Below, one piece after another: positions 19,829 through 29,934 of a stretch of 38,952 nucleotides of DNA. The position numbers and the translations under genes were made by a program. Source of the stretch: a virus. The stretch lies in the UHGV virus genome UHGV-0201407, one strand, 5' to 3'. Numbering within the stretch: position 1 is the first letter of the stretch; the number at the start of each line of letters is the position of its first letter. The notes under the pieces are model-generated. The model searched no databases. It had not been told where the DNA came from and worked only from the letters and a program-made list of their open reading frames with translations.

Positions 19829-20872
19829 TCAGATTCCCGTGTAGCGGACAATCATCATCGGCAACTGGGCAACGCAACCCGAAGTCGCCGCGCTGATTTT
19901 CTGTGAAGTGACGCTGTCCTTGATGAAGATCGGATAGACGCGCGCCATTTCAATATAGCTGTTCAGCAAGGCTTCCACGCCGTCGCCGTCGATCATCAGG
20001 TAGAAAACGTCGCTGTTGGAGTTCGCTTTCGCCATTTGCGGAACGGCGATAATTTCCAGCGATTCGCCGAAAGAGCCTTTCAGGTTTTCCATAGCAGAAC
20101 GCCCGAACTCGTTGGACTTTTTCAGCAACGCTTCGGACGAGGGCGAAACCAACAGTTTCAGCTTTTTACCGCCAGCCAAAGACAAGGCGGCGTTGCCGTC
20201 GCTCTGCTGTTGCATTTTCGCGTAAGCGTCCACAACGTCGTTGGCGATTTCTTCAATCGTCTTGTCCGTCCACTTAGACGATCCGCTTTTGCCCTGCTTC
20301 GCGACAACATACGGCGTCAAGCCCGGTTCGTTCAGCAAGCCATAAACGGGGGCTTTCAGGGATTTGTCCTTAACGCCGCTGAAAAAGAACGCGTTACGGT
20401 CAATCGCCATAGAACGCATAGCCGCTTCGGCTTTGTCGGCGCGGATATTTTCCTGAAACGCTCCGGCGGTCGCTTCTTCGCGATCGGTCGAACGCCAGCC
20501 GCTCATATAGTAATACGCGCCGCGCGTTTCGTTGGAATATTTCACACCGGACAAATAACCGTCAGATTCCTGACCGTCATCGGGGGAAGTCTTACCCATG
20601 TATTCTTTCGTCTTGATGACCAGAACTTCATCGCCCCAAGTGCCGTTTTTGCTGGCGGCGGCGATTTTGTCGGCAACGCGCGGAGCGGTCAAAGCATCGA
20701 CCGCTTTCGGGCGAATATACGCCAGCGCGCCGATCGGAGCGTTGATGTTCGCGGGGAAAACGGCGTTCGCGTCATTGTCAACGCGGATAATGCCTTTTGC
20801 GTTCAAAGCGCGCAAATAATCGGAATGACACCTGTCACCGATCGATTTGTTGTTGTAAGTTTTGAAACCCAT
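19829..20872 (-). CDS. major capsid protein (DUF2184 family)
   Basis: [16 protein letters not shown]....P..I....GI C-terminus; 347 aa. Confidence 0.88.
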   Translation of the reverse strand: MGFKTYNNKSIGDRCHSDYLRALNAKGIIRVDNDANAVFPANINAPIGALAYIRPKAVDALTAPRVADKIAAASKNGTWGDEVLVIKTKEYMGKTSPDDGQESDGYLSGVKYSNETRGAYYYMSGWRSTDREEATAGAFQENIRADKAEAAMRSMAIDRNAFFFSGVKDKSLKAPVYGLLNEPGLTPYVVAKQGKSGSSKWTDKTIEEIANDVVDAYAKMQQQSDGNAALSLAGGKKLKLLVSPSSEALLKKSNEFGRSAMENLKGSFGESLEIIAVPQMAKANSNSDVFYLMIDGDGVEALLNSYIEMARVYPIFIKDSVTSQKISAATSGCVAQLPMMIVRYTGI

Positions 20873-20885
20873 TGTTTTAAACCTT

Positions 20886-21668
20886 TCACTTCTTGATTTC
20901 GGCGACGCCGTTCACGTCCGACGCCGTATAAACGACAAAGCCCGTGTCGACGGTGGCGTTTCCGCCAGCGACTTCAACGACGTTGCCCGACGTTCCGACG
21001 CCCAGCAATTCGGAAATCGAACCGCCTACATATTTGACGGCGGAAGACGCGCCCGTCGTTTTGGACGTGAAGACCAAGCCCGTTCCCTCGCTGTTGACGG
21101 CGCATTCCGCGTCAGCGGTCGTCTTGGCGGCGATAACGGCGGCAACGTCGGTCAAGCTTTCCGCGCCGGAAAAATCCATGCCCGTGTATTCTTTGTCCGC
21201 ACCGTCAACGTTCAGCGTCAACGTACCCGCGTTTTCCGCTTTCCAATCGTCAGCGGCGGAAACCGTGATAAAGTTCAAAGAACCTGCGGTAGCCGCTCCT
21301 GCGGCGGAACCCGTGGAGATTTTGCCCGTGGTCGGATCGACCAGAACCTTGTCGCCTTCCGCGGCGTCGCCCGTCTGGGCGAGCATAAAGCCGTCTTCAT
21401 AGACGGAGACTTCTTCGCCCTCGTTGATCGTCATTGTATTGTCGCCCGTCAAATTCGCCTGATAGCGGTCGAAAATGACGAAACCGACGGGGGCAGTACC
21501 CGCAACCGCCGTACCTTTGACTTTGCCGTCAGTTCCCGCAAAAGCGAAACCGCCAGCTTTCAAATCGTGACCCTCGACAATGTGGGGCGTATGGACGGCG
21601 GGCAGATCGCGGGACAACGTACCCGCGCGACCGATCGGCTGTTTCTGATAAACCTGATTTTGAAACAT
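20886..21668 (-). CDS. capsid cement/decoration protein with inserted sheath-like domain
   Basis: MFQNQV..GRAG start, between scaffold and capsid; aa ~142-224 resemble sheath aa ~108-201. Confidence 0.75.
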   Translation of the reverse strand: MFQNQVYQKQPIGRAGTLSRDLPAVHTPHIVEGHDLKAGGFAFAGTDGKVKGTAVAGTAPVGFVIFDRYQANLTGDNTMTINEGEEVSVYEDGFMLAQTGDAAEGDKVLVDPTTGKISTGSAAGAATAGSLNFITVSAADDWKAENAGTLTLNVDGADKEYTGMDFSGAESLTDVAAVIAAKTTADAECAVNSEGTGLVFTSKTTGASSAVKYVGGSISELLGVGTSGNVVEVAGGNATVDTGFVVYTASDVNGVAEIKK

Positions 21669-21686
21669 TTGTTTTGCTCCTGTTTG

Positions 21687-22916
21687 TTAAACTTCGCGTT
21701 CGACGGCTTCGGAATCCGAAACAATCGACGGCTTGAAAGAATTGTCAACGCGGACGGATTTCAGCGTTTCGACAACGGCTTTCATTTCTTCAACGGATCT
21801 GTTTTCGGCGCGAATGCCGCGTTCCGTCAAAGCGTGGGCGTAAATTTCAGCGGCGGACATACCCAAACCGTTAAAATCGCCCGTCAGACCGCGCACGTCA
21901 TCATAAGCCTGACGCGCCGCTTTCTGATTTTCAGCGATCGTTTTCAAAACCGCCGCGTTCGCCGCTTTGATTTTTTCGCCTACGTCTTCACCGTCTTCTT
22001 TGTCGGCTTCGGGCGCGGGCTTGTCTTCGCCGTCTTCGTTCTTGGATTTCCAAGGACAACCGTTGTCAGCCGTTCCCGCTTCCGATTTGTCGTAAGACAG
22101 TTTTTCCGCCATACCGATAACGGCGCGGATATCTTCGTCGGACAATCCCTTGTCTTTCAACAATCCGCCGATTTGGTCGATAACGGCGCGCTTGTCGATT
22201 TCGCCTTCGGCGTTGTCGGTAATCGCGCCCGTGTTGGCATGCGCGTCCTCTTGCTGTTCCTGTGCAAAAAACTGCTCCAAGTCAATTTTTTTGCCATTGA
22301 CCAACAAGGCAACTTCATTACTCGTTTTTGTCATAAGTCCACCTTTACTGTTGTACACTCGAACATCAGAACCACAACGCCCGTTTTCAACAAGTGCAAC
22401 GTGATTCCCAATTATATCGACGGCGACAAAATCAGCCTTGCCCGTTTCGTCGGGTAAAAGGTTGTGTTCATAGCTCGCCGATAATTCCTCGACGCCATTC
22501 GATAAATGGCGCAAAATCTCTTTGCCCGTGAATTTCAACGGGACGTATAATTTGCCGTCTACGACTTCCGCTTTTTCTCCGGTCGTTCCCTCTTGGTATT
22601 CTTTCGGATCGGCGTCGGCATTGTTTCGCGCGTCGCCAGAAAGCCATTTATGCCCGTCCACCAACGGCAACAGGCAAAACGACGGCGCGGCTTTTTCCAG
22701 CTCTTCAATCGGAATACGGACGGTATAAACCTTGTCGGGTTCCACCATTTTTCCCGCGATTTCGCGCGGCTGACGGTCGCCAAGCAATTCAAAGCCCATG
22801 TATTCCAGCGGCTCGGTATTCAAAATCGGAGATTTTTCAACGGTCAGATAACCGTTTGTGTCGTAATGACGCAAGGACGGCGCGTTGTTAATCCTGCTTT
22901 TTTGACTAATAATCAT
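21687..22916 (-). CDS. DUF2213 head maturation protease/scaffold
   Basis: D.NGYL.V..SPI, ELSASY, GNHVALVENGRCG.DV.V. Confidence 0.9.
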   Translation of the reverse strand: MIISQKSRINNAPSLRHYDTNGYLTVEKSPILNTEPLEYMGFELLGDRQPREIAGKMVEPDKVYTVRIPIEELEKAAPSFCLLPLVDGHKWLSGDARNNADADPKEYQEGTTGEKAEVVDGKLYVPLKFTGKEILRHLSNGVEELSASYEHNLLPDETGKADFVAVDIIGNHVALVENGRCGSDVRVYNSKGGLMTKTSNEVALLVNGKKIDLEQFFAQEQQEDAHANTGAITDNAEGEIDKRAVIDQIGGLLKDKGLSDEDIRAVIGMAEKLSYDKSEAGTADNGCPWKSKNEDGEDKPAPEADKEDGEDVGEKIKAANAAVLKTIAENQKAARQAYDDVRGLTGDFNGLGMSAAEIYAHALTERGIRAENRSVEEMKAVVETLKSVRVDNSFKPSIVSDSEAVEREV

Positions 22917-23830
22917 TCCCTAACAATCCTGTAACATTCGTCAGAGGAAGACCATTTAGCCTGATAGCCGTCCATTATGAAAACAGATAACGCCGTACAT
23001 CGGCAGTTCACGCGCTCGGCGGGCAAACCCCTATGCCCGTAACTGTCGATAATCGGGTAGCGGTCTTTTTCACCGTATCGGTAAATCTTGCCGTCAAGCT
23101 GTTTATGCCCGCCATAACCAGTACTCACGCGCTCGTCTTTACTGGTCGACCATTCAAAATATTCCGCCCCTGCTTCCCGCTGCATAAAAATGTTTATCGC
23201 TTCGGACGCCTTGGCGGTCTGGTCGCGGGCTATGCGCTTGATACGCCGTTCCGCTATTCCCGACTCGGTTTTGAGATTGGACTCGATATCCGCCCAACCT
23301 CTACCCGTCGTCATTGCATTGTACACGATATTTTCAACTCTATCAATCGTTTCTTGCGCCGTTTTTTTTAGCAAATTAACATTCCATTGAACAATCGCGC
23401 GGGTGATTTCGTCGTATTTGGAAACATTGAACTGAATCGCCCCCGCCCCGTAAAATCGGGACAACGCCGCTTCGGTGTCCTTTTTTGACGATTTCGTCAC
23501 TTTTCGGACGTATCGGAAAACGATCTTTTCCGCCGCGTCTTTGAACAAATCCAGCTGGCGGGAACGCAAGGACTGAAACACTCGCGCGACTCTTGACGGG
23601 CTTTTCTTTGCATTGGAAACGGCGGCGTTTTCCGAATAAATCGCGTCATAGCTTTCCCGAACTTCACGGACGGCGCGCCGAAAGAAAGCCTGCAACAGGT
23701 TATTCGCCGACTTCCTGTAATAAATATCCGCCGCCTTGTTCTTTCCGATCGGTTGCATAACGGCGTAACCCCCGAACGCTTTGGCGCGGGAGTTATACCA
23801 TTTCGCCTTTTTATTCGTCATTTCCGACAT
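22913..23830 (-). CDS. head morphogenesis protein (MuF/SPP1 gp7)
   Basis: RIARDQTAK, W.TSKDERV, H..LDGKIY, NCRC. Confidence 0.9.
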   Translation of the reverse strand: MSEMTNKKAKWYNSRAKAFGGYAVMQPIGKNKAADIYYRKSANNLLQAFFRRAVREVRESYDAIYSENAAVSNAKKSPSRVARVFQSLRSRQLDLFKDAAEKIVFRYVRKVTKSSKKDTEAALSRFYGAGAIQFNVSKYDEITRAIVQWNVNLLKKTAQETIDRVENIVYNAMTTGRGWADIESNLKTESGIAERRIKRIARDQTAKASEAINIFMQREAGAEYFEWSTSKDERVSTGYGGHKQLDGKIYRYGEKDRYPIIDSYGHRGLPAERVNCRCTALSVFIMDGYQAKWSSSDECYRIVRE

Positions 23831-26360
23831 CTGCCCACGTTTCCCCGTTGTCCGTTGAAACCCGCAAAACGTAATTGTCAATCGAGTAGATCGGATCGTT
23901 AGCCGAATTTGAAGATTTCATTTTTTCATTTTCGCTGTTTGCGTCTTCTTCATCATTATGGGATAAGTCGATAAATCCGAACGAATGACCTTTGAACGGG
24001 TGTTTGTCAATGTAGAATCCGCCCATTCCCGCGTATTTGTCTTTGATTTCTTCGATCTTCTTTTCCAGAATCCAAGTGGGAATATTCCCGTTCGGCTGAA
24101 TAACGGATTTCGGGATAAAGATTCGGTGACGGCGATTTTTTTCTACATTGTAAAAATCCAAATCCAAATCATACCCGTAAGCCTTATCGGATTCCCAATC
24201 CGCTTTGGCAGGACGTTCAACACCTCTTTCCCGATCAGCCTTTTTCTTTTCCTGCCGCGCCTGTTTCTCGGAATCCGTTTCCGCTTCTTCATACGCCTTT
24301 TGTCCCGCCGCCGTCAGCGTCCCGTCTTCACGCAACCAGCGTTTTTGAACCCAAAATGTTTTGTCGCCTTTTCGCAACAAAGCCGCTTTCGCCGTCGTTC
24401 GTTCAACTGTGTAATCGCCCGCGCGCTTTTGTGTTTCTTCAACGTCTTTTTGAGCGCGCACCTCTTCTCTGCGCTTGTCAACATAACTGATCCGCTTTTC
24501 CTCATCACTCCAAGAATCGGGATAAGCGGAAGGATCAAAGCCTTTTATCAAATTTTCATACGAAAGCGGATTGTCCTTTTTTTCCTTTGTTTTTACGTCC
24601 GATTCCGCTTCCCGCTCTTGTGGTGCTTTGTCTGTTTTTTTCAACCGTCCTTTGTCAGACAAGAACCGTTCGACGGCTTCTTTTTTCGTTTCGCCGTCTT
24701 TCAGAGGAACTTTTGATTTTTTCATCGTGATGAAAGTGTCTGGATTGTCAATCCAGATATTCTGGCTTTTTAAACCTTCGGTTGCCGTTTCGCTAGGGAT
24801 TTGTCCCATAGCGTCCGCCGTCAACTCGCCATTCGGTTGCATTTCAGCGTCAAAATCGGATTCGTCGAATCGTTCGGCGTCAAATTCAACAGAGTCGATT
24901 TGCAGATTGTCGTCTTTCCGCAGCCAGTCAAAGACGTTTTCAGCGTTTCCGCCCACTTCGATAAGGGCTTTCGCAACTTCCAGATTTGCCTTGTTGATTT
25001 CCGCCCGTTCGGCTTCCGTCGGCGTTTCAAGCAAATTGAAAACGTAATGGATTTCCTGAAACGCGCCATCGCTGATTTGTCCGGCAATAATGCCTAAAAC
25101 GGTTTCCCACTGTTCACGGACGCTTTCCCTGATCGAATTGACTCGGTCGTACCAAGAGCGGCGGTCGCCCTCGCCCGTCGCGTTCATTCCCTTTGCGGTC
25201 GTTCCCAGCAGTTCGGTTAAAGGAATACCCGTTTTCGCCGCGACGACTTCATACAGAAATTCGGTTGTTTCAGAAAATCCCGTTAAAGCCGTCGTTTGTT
25301 GGAGTACGTCTTCGGTCGTTTTCAGCGGCGTGAACATATGATTGTCCTGCATTTTGGACATCACTTCCAAGCGCGCGCGGAAATCCCGAATCGCTCCCGT
25401 CTGATAAGAGTTATCGTCTGTTTTCAAGAAAAGGAAACGGCAACGATTGATAAGGTTTGCCAGCCCTTGCGTCGCCAGATTGCTGTTCGCGATATCCTGT
25501 TTGATCAGGTTGGTGAGCGGCGTACCGAAATACATGCAGAGCGGCTTCAACAACAGTTCGGGGACGTTCGCTTCGAATTTCAGGAACCGTGACGCGTGAA
25601 CCGCGCCCAGTCCGACAACGTACCAAACCGACGGATTCATATAATCCGATTTCGCAGGCTCTGACGTGTTGACGCTGATCGCCGTAACATTGATCGGGTC
25701 GATATGCACAAAGTCGGTGATATCGTTCATATTTCGGCTTTTCAAATCAAGCGGCTCCGTCAGATCGGCGTCGTTCGTTTGCAGATAGAGCAAACACCCG
25801 CCGACGGCGTACATTGACCTGATCGCTTTGACAAACTTCCGCGTCAGCTTCTTCTTTTCCGCCGCGTCAAGGATTTTGTCCGCTTCATCTTTATCCTTGT
25901 TTGCGATTTTTCCGCCTTTGGAAAACGGCGTTTCGGAAAGGATCGTAAGCACTTTCGCCATAAGCGGGTCTTGCGCTTGCAACATGCAGTCGTAGTAGTT
26001 CACGGACTGAAACAGGTAATAGGACAACTGCGCCGTTGAAAATCCCGCATTGACCGACTGCGGGACGTTTATCCATTGATTTGACGATCTGGCGCGGGAA
26101 GTTATGGCGGACACGGCGAAAGCCCCCCACGCTTCGTTTTTGACGACTTGCTTATCGTTGTACGCTCTGACGGTCGTCATTCCGTAATCGTCGGCGTTTC
26201 CTTGCAGTCGAATTGTCGCGTTTGTTTCAGGCGTTTTGAAAACACCCGCCAAGAACCGCTCGGCATCATCAAAAGAAACGGCTTCATCGTTCATCAGTAC
26301 GCTTTCCCAACTGACGAAAGGCTTTTTTTCTTCTTTCTTTTTCCGCTTAAAAATTTTCAT
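23811..26360 (-). CDS. portal protein (DUF1073 family) with ~320-aa C-terminal extension
   Basis: VHASR, GIPLTELLG.TAKGMNATGEGD...YD; 849 aa, longer than the core domain. Confidence 0.88.
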   Translation of the reverse strand: MKIFKRKKKEEKKPFVSWESVLMNDEAVSFDDAERFLAGVFKTPETNATIRLQGNADDYGMTTVRAYNDKQVVKNEAWGAFAVSAITSRARSSNQWINVPQSVNAGFSTAQLSYYLFQSVNYYDCMLQAQDPLMAKVLTILSETPFSKGGKIANKDKDEADKILDAAEKKKLTRKFVKAIRSMYAVGGCLLYLQTNDADLTEPLDLKSRNMNDITDFVHIDPINVTAISVNTSEPAKSDYMNPSVWYVVGLGAVHASRFLKFEANVPELLLKPLCMYFGTPLTNLIKQDIANSNLATQGLANLINRCRFLFLKTDDNSYQTGAIRDFRARLEVMSKMQDNHMFTPLKTTEDVLQQTTALTGFSETTEFLYEVVAAKTGIPLTELLGTTAKGMNATGEGDRRSWYDRVNSIRESVREQWETVLGIIAGQISDGAFQEIHYVFNLLETPTEAERAEINKANLEVAKALIEVGGNAENVFDWLRKDDNLQIDSVEFDAERFDESDFDAEMQPNGELTADAMGQIPSETATEGLKSQNIWIDNPDTFITMKKSKVPLKDGETKKEAVERFLSDKGRLKKTDKAPQEREAESDVKTKEKKDNPLSYENLIKGFDPSAYPDSWSDEEKRISYVDKRREEVRAQKDVEETQKRAGDYTVERTTAKAALLRKGDKTFWVQKRWLREDGTLTAAGQKAYEEAETDSEKQARQEKKKADRERGVERPAKADWESDKAYGYDLDLDFYNVEKNRRHRIFIPKSVIQPNGNIPTWILEKKIEEIKDKYAGMGGFYIDKHPFKGHSFGFIDLSHNDEEDANSENEKMKSSNSANDPIYSIDNYVLRVSTDNGETWADVGNDE

Positions 26361-27801
26361 AGAGCACCTTTTCCCAATCGACGATCGACGCCTTGCGCGC
26401 CGTCTTCAAACCATAAATAAACGCATCGACGTAATCGTCTTTTTCGTCCTGATTCCCGCCCGTGAACGCTTCGCATTGTCGCAAAAAATCATTCACCCAT
26501 GGCGCGCTCTCGGGAATATGGACAAGACCGTTTTCAACGTCCGACTCGACTTCCAGCCACCTTGTGAATTTATCAGATACAACGTCCTTTTTCAACTGGG
26601 CGTTTTTCACCGTCGGATAAAGCTCTTGTATCGGCAGACCGTCCTCTTTCAACTGTTGGATCAGCGATATGCCGCTTGCCTTGTTTTCGATATAAACGCA
26701 AGACAGATTCGGCGTCCGCTCTTTCGCTTGCAGGTAAAAGGATTTTAGATCGCGCCGCAAATTCGGAAACGTGACCTGTTTCCAGTATCCGTTAAGAACA
26801 TATACCTTTCCGCCGGACACGCCGAAATGCAGAAACGCGCTTCCGTCCGCCTTTTTCTTTTCGGAAAACGCCGTATCCGCCGTGATGAAAGAGTAGGCGA
26901 AAGAGGACGGGAAAGAGGTAACGCGGTTGAATTTGTTTGTATGGATCAGATTCCCGCCGTCGACAATCGGGTTTTGCTGATACAACGCCGACCATTCCGC
27001 CGCGGACATCGTCGCTTTCATTTCAAGCAACTGGTCGATCGGGTGCAGGGACGGGACAAGCGCGCGCCCGTCGTCGTCAATCGCTTTGAACGTCAGGACT
27101 TTAAGCCGCTCGTTGCCCTTGTTCTTGGCTTTCAGATACCCGACAAGGTCGTTTATATGCCAGCGGGTCATCATAATCAGCTGACCGCTTTTTGCAGACA
27201 GACGGGTTGAAAAGACGGTGTTATACCAGCTTTCGATAAACGCCCGCGTCGTCGGGGAACGGGCTTCCTGCATATTCTTCACGGGGTCGTCAATGATGCC
27301 GATATCGACGGATTTACCCGTAAGCGCGCCGCCTACGCCCGTCGCGAAATATCGCCCTTTATGCCCGACGATTTCAAACATTTCACTGTTTCGCGTTGCT
27401 TGGCTGTCCTGAAATGCGTATTTTTTCGCATACAAAGCGGATTCGGGGAATATCGCCCGATATTCAGGGGAAAGCATGATCTGCTGAACATCTCGGTTAA
27501 TCATTGTTGCCAGATCGGACGAGTAAGAACAGGCGGCGATTCGGTAGTCCGGATTACGCCCAAGAGCAAAGGCGGGAAACAGGCGGGAAACAAGCGTTGT
27601 CTTTCCGTGCTGTGCGGGTGCTTCTACGATCAGGATCGGACGGCGGGATTCGGATACGTCAGCAATGAATTGATTTAAGGTATCGGCTACCTGATTTGAG
27701 AAAGCGGAAAAGTGAAAGTTCGGGAAAGCCGCTTTGATGAAGTAGCGAAAATCCCGCCGCGCCAGTTCGTTCAGGATTTCACTTTTCGCCAGCGTTATCA
27801 T
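26347..27801 (-). CDS. terL: terminase large subunit
   Basis: Walker A APAQHGKT, Walker B IIDDP, MTRWH, YQQNP, nuclease ADTA..DDYVDA; start codon uncertain. Confidence 0.95.
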   Translation of the reverse strand: MITLAKSEILNELARRDFRYFIKAAFPNFHFSAFSNQVADTLNQFIADVSESRRPILIVEAPAQHGKTTLVSRLFPAFALGRNPDYRIAACSYSSDLATMINRDVQQIMLSPEYRAIFPESALYAKKYAFQDSQATRNSEMFEIVGHKGRYFATGVGGALTGKSVDIGIIDDPVKNMQEARSPTTRAFIESWYNTVFSTRLSAKSGQLIMMTRWHINDLVGYLKAKNKGNERLKVLTFKAIDDDGRALVPSLHPIDQLLEMKATMSAAEWSALYQQNPIVDGGNLIHTNKFNRVTSFPSSFAYSFITADTAFSEKKKADGSAFLHFGVSGGKVYVLNGYWKQVTFPNLRRDLKSFYLQAKERTPNLSCVYIENKASGISLIQQLKEDGLPIQELYPTVKNAQLKKDVVSDKFTRWLEVESDVENGLVHIPESAPWVNDFLRQCEAFTGGNQDEKDDYVDAFIYGLKTARKASIVDWEKVLYENF

Positions 27802-28348
27802 CGGCAACACCCGCCGCTTTTGCCATTTCGATCAGTGTCGCCGTGTCCACCTTGGACAGGTCGTTTTTCGGGACGTCGTTCCCTAAGGTGTCCGTCTGGG
27901 CGACTCTGGCTACGGGTTTCTGTCCCGCCGTGTCGCGCAAGAACTCCAAGAACTTCACCAAATCCGTAAGCTTCGCTTGATTGCCGAAACAAAGCTGTTC
28001 CGCTTTTTCAATCAGGCTTTCCTGTACGGTCTTTCCGTTTGAAAGCTTTTCATTCAGGCGTGCTTCGATAACTTCGCGCATCGCTTTGCGCTCGCGTCTG
28101 CTCTGGGCGGATTTAATACCGCCGATACGTCCTACGATTTTTGCTTTTTCGGAAGTCAGCGGCGGAAGTTTGACGCGCGGGCGTGTCTTGTATCGCCACT
28201 TTTCACCGTCAAAAACAACGTCGTAATCCTTTTTTTCGGGTAACGGCTCTAAAAACGTGTGAAAAGGCGGCAAATCAGACTCCGATTCGCATTTCCGCGC
28301 CCCGTTCCATTTCCCTGTTTTTTTGTCGTATGAATAAGCTATAAACAT
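27779..28348 (-). CDS. putative terminase small subunit with Tfa-like N-terminal domain
   Basis: Directly upstream of terL; GRIGGIKSAQSRRERK and LRDTAGQKP motifs. Confidence 0.7.
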   Translation of the reverse strand: MFIAYSYDKKTGKWNGARKCESESDLPPFHTFLEPLPEKKDYDVVFDGEKWRYKTRPRVKLPPLTSEKAKIVGRIGGIKSAQSRRERKAMREVIEARLNEKLSNGKTVQESLIEKAEQLCFGNQAKLTDLVKFLEFLRDTAGQKPVARVAQTDTLGNDVPKNDLSKVDTATLIEMAKAAGVADDNAGEK

Positions 28349-28376
28349 ACCGCGACTCCGTTATTTTCCGCCGTTT

Positions 28377-28404
28377 ATTATAACAGAAAACAGATATTTT
28401 TCAA
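28377..28404 (-). promoter_or_regulatory. sigma70-type promoter for the packaging/structural operon
   Basis: TTGAAA-16-TATAAT with extended TGn on minus strand. Confidence 0.7.
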
Positions 28405-28406
28405 GC

Positions 28407-28447
28407 AAAAGAAAACCCGCCGGAAAAAGAACAAACCGGCGGGCTTT
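28407..28447 (-). terminator. intrinsic terminator
   Basis: CCCGCCGG-N12-CCGGCGGG followed by TTTTCTTTT on minus strand. Confidence 0.75.
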
Positions 28448-28502
28448 CGTTTCTAAGAAAGGGAAAGAAACAATACCTGTATAATCCCTTTCCCGTAGGG
28501 AG

Positions 28503-28781
28503 TCAATCTTTTCTTTCTTCGATTCCCGTTATTTCCGCTCCGCAAGCGGCATATCCCGCAATATCGACCCACGAATCTTCGTGTTTCGGATTTCCTTTAA
28601 GACGCGCCGTTTTGAACAAAATCATCATCACGGCGACATCGGCGGCGGTCAGTTCAACGTCGAGATACGCCGACCAAGCTTTTGCGATTCGTTCAAACGT
28701 TCCGTTCGGGTTTCCGTGCGCCTGTTCACGACTTCCGCATACTGTTTCAGCGGCTTTCTGTAAAAGTTCTTCGCGTGTCAT
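28503..28781 (-). CDS. DUF6378 domain protein
   Basis: RE.LL..A...V.G.R...HG.P, DVA.MM...K.AR, DSWVDIAGYAACG. Confidence 0.85.
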   Translation of the reverse strand: MTREELLQKAAETVCGSREQAHGNPNGTFERIAKAWSAYLDVELTAADVAVMMILFKTARLKGNPKHEDSWVDIAGYAACGAEITGIEERKD

Positions 28782-29146
28782 TAGTGATGATAGCTCCCGT
28801 CAGCTTGTTTTTTCCAATCGCCACGCCGAGTCCGTTCCTTGTTCACTTCCATTTTCGCGACAATGGCGTCGTACATTTTGGCGTTACAGTGATGCCACAC
28901 AATCATCTTGCAGATGAACATACCGATAGCCGCGCCAAAGCGAAACCACAGAGCGGCGGCGACGATAAAGCAGTCAGCCAGTTCCGTGATTTGCTTTTCG
29001 GGATTGTCTGTTTTCGCTTCTGCCAACCATTCGTTAAATTCTTCATCGAGCTTCAAAAGCTGTCCCGTCTTGTCAGCGTCTTTGAACGTGACCGCATGCC
29101 AATCGGCGATTTCTTTTGCCAAGTCGTAAAATTCTTCTAACCTCAT
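28781..29146 (-). CDS. MazG-like/DUF550 dNTP pyrophosphohydrolase
   Basis: KLDEEFNE...ELADC...KMEVNKER all-alpha NTP-PPase motifs. Confidence 0.75.
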   Translation of the reverse strand: MRLEEFYDLAKEIADWHAVTFKDADKTGQLLKLDEEFNEWLAEAKTDNPEKQITELADCFIVAAALWFRFGAAIGMFICKMIVWHHCNAKMYDAIVAKMEVNKERTRRGDWKKQADGSYHH

Positions 29147-29331
29147 TTCAAGTCGTCTTTCATCTTGTAAGCTTTAATTTCGCAAAAATCATACCGCTGT
29201 TTTTGACACAACTGGTTCACGACCCGATTATCTGCCGTATCGCAAGCAACGACAACCCCACAAAAAATTCCAAGAACAGCCGCGGCAATCGTCATCACAG
29301 CCGTACCGAACAGGTCTTTATCCATTTTCAT
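29143..29331 (-). CDS. small membrane protein
   Basis: One TM helix, ATGA overlaps on both sides. Confidence 0.6.
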   Translation of the reverse strand: MKMDKDLFGTAVMTIAAAVLGIFCGVVVACDTADNRVVNQLCQKQRYDFCEIKAYKMKDDLK

Positions 29332-29918
29332 TCCCTTTCAGCCGTAATCAAATCACCATACGGCAGTTCTGTTTTAATCCAAGCGCAAAAGTCGCGCCAT
29401 TGTTTGAGCTTATGTTCACGCCGCTGGAAATACATATTCCGCAAACACTTTGCGTTCACGTTCAAAAGCCGCGTCTGCAAGTACCCGTCGGGCAAATTGT
29501 TCACAATCACCTTTTCAAGAAACTGTTTCCGATCAGCCGTGACAATCGGGGAACCGTATTCCCTGATTGCGTCATTGAGCGCGTCCAAAGTGCTTTGAAA
29601 AACGGGGTATTCAAACATTTCTTGCGTCAGTCCGTTTTTCCAGCTTTTGTGCATGGTACTTTCGGACGACTTTGAGATTCCGACTCGATAGGTGTCGGCT
29701 TGTTTCCACCAGAACAACGGAGCTTGCACCAGAATCCAGTATTGGATTTGTTCAAGAAATTTGTTGTGTCCGCCGTCCTTGGGCGCGAGTTTAGCCGCCA
29801 ATCGTTCAACATCGCTATAATTAGTTTTGAAATTATCGAACGACGTTTTTCCGAATGACAACATCATTCCATAGACAGCCGTTTCGTATCCGGCGCAGTG
29901 TAAAAATTTATATCTCAT
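29328..29918 (-). CDS. ThyX-like (thy1 fold) protein
   Basis: HNKFL..I, APLFWWKQADTYRVG..S.STMH, N..CLRNMYFQRREHKL..W..FC. Confidence 0.7.
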   Translation of the reverse strand: MRYKFLHCAGYETAVYGMMLSFGKTSFDNFKTNYSDVERLAAKLAPKDGGHNKFLEQIQYWILVQAPLFWWKQADTYRVGISKSSESTMHKSWKNGLTQEMFEYPVFQSTLDALNDAIREYGSPIVTADRKQFLEKVIVNNLPDGYLQTRLLNVNAKCLRNMYFQRREHKLKQWRDFCAWIKTELPYGDLITAERE

Positions 29919-29934
29919 TTTTCCCTTTTCCCTT

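Noticed and set aside
20862..22457. 531-aa + strand ORF and other long antisense ORFs in the structural module
   Set aside because: Shadow ORFs of GC-rich minus-strand genes that have clear family motifs; no recognisable domains
23811..24765. Acb1 anti-CBASS domain fused to the portal
   Set aside because: No paired HxT/S 2H-phosphodiesterase motifs in the extension
28781..29146. Z-genome (2-aminoadenine) pathway
   Set aside because: No purZ, datZ or phage DNA polymerase recognised in the window
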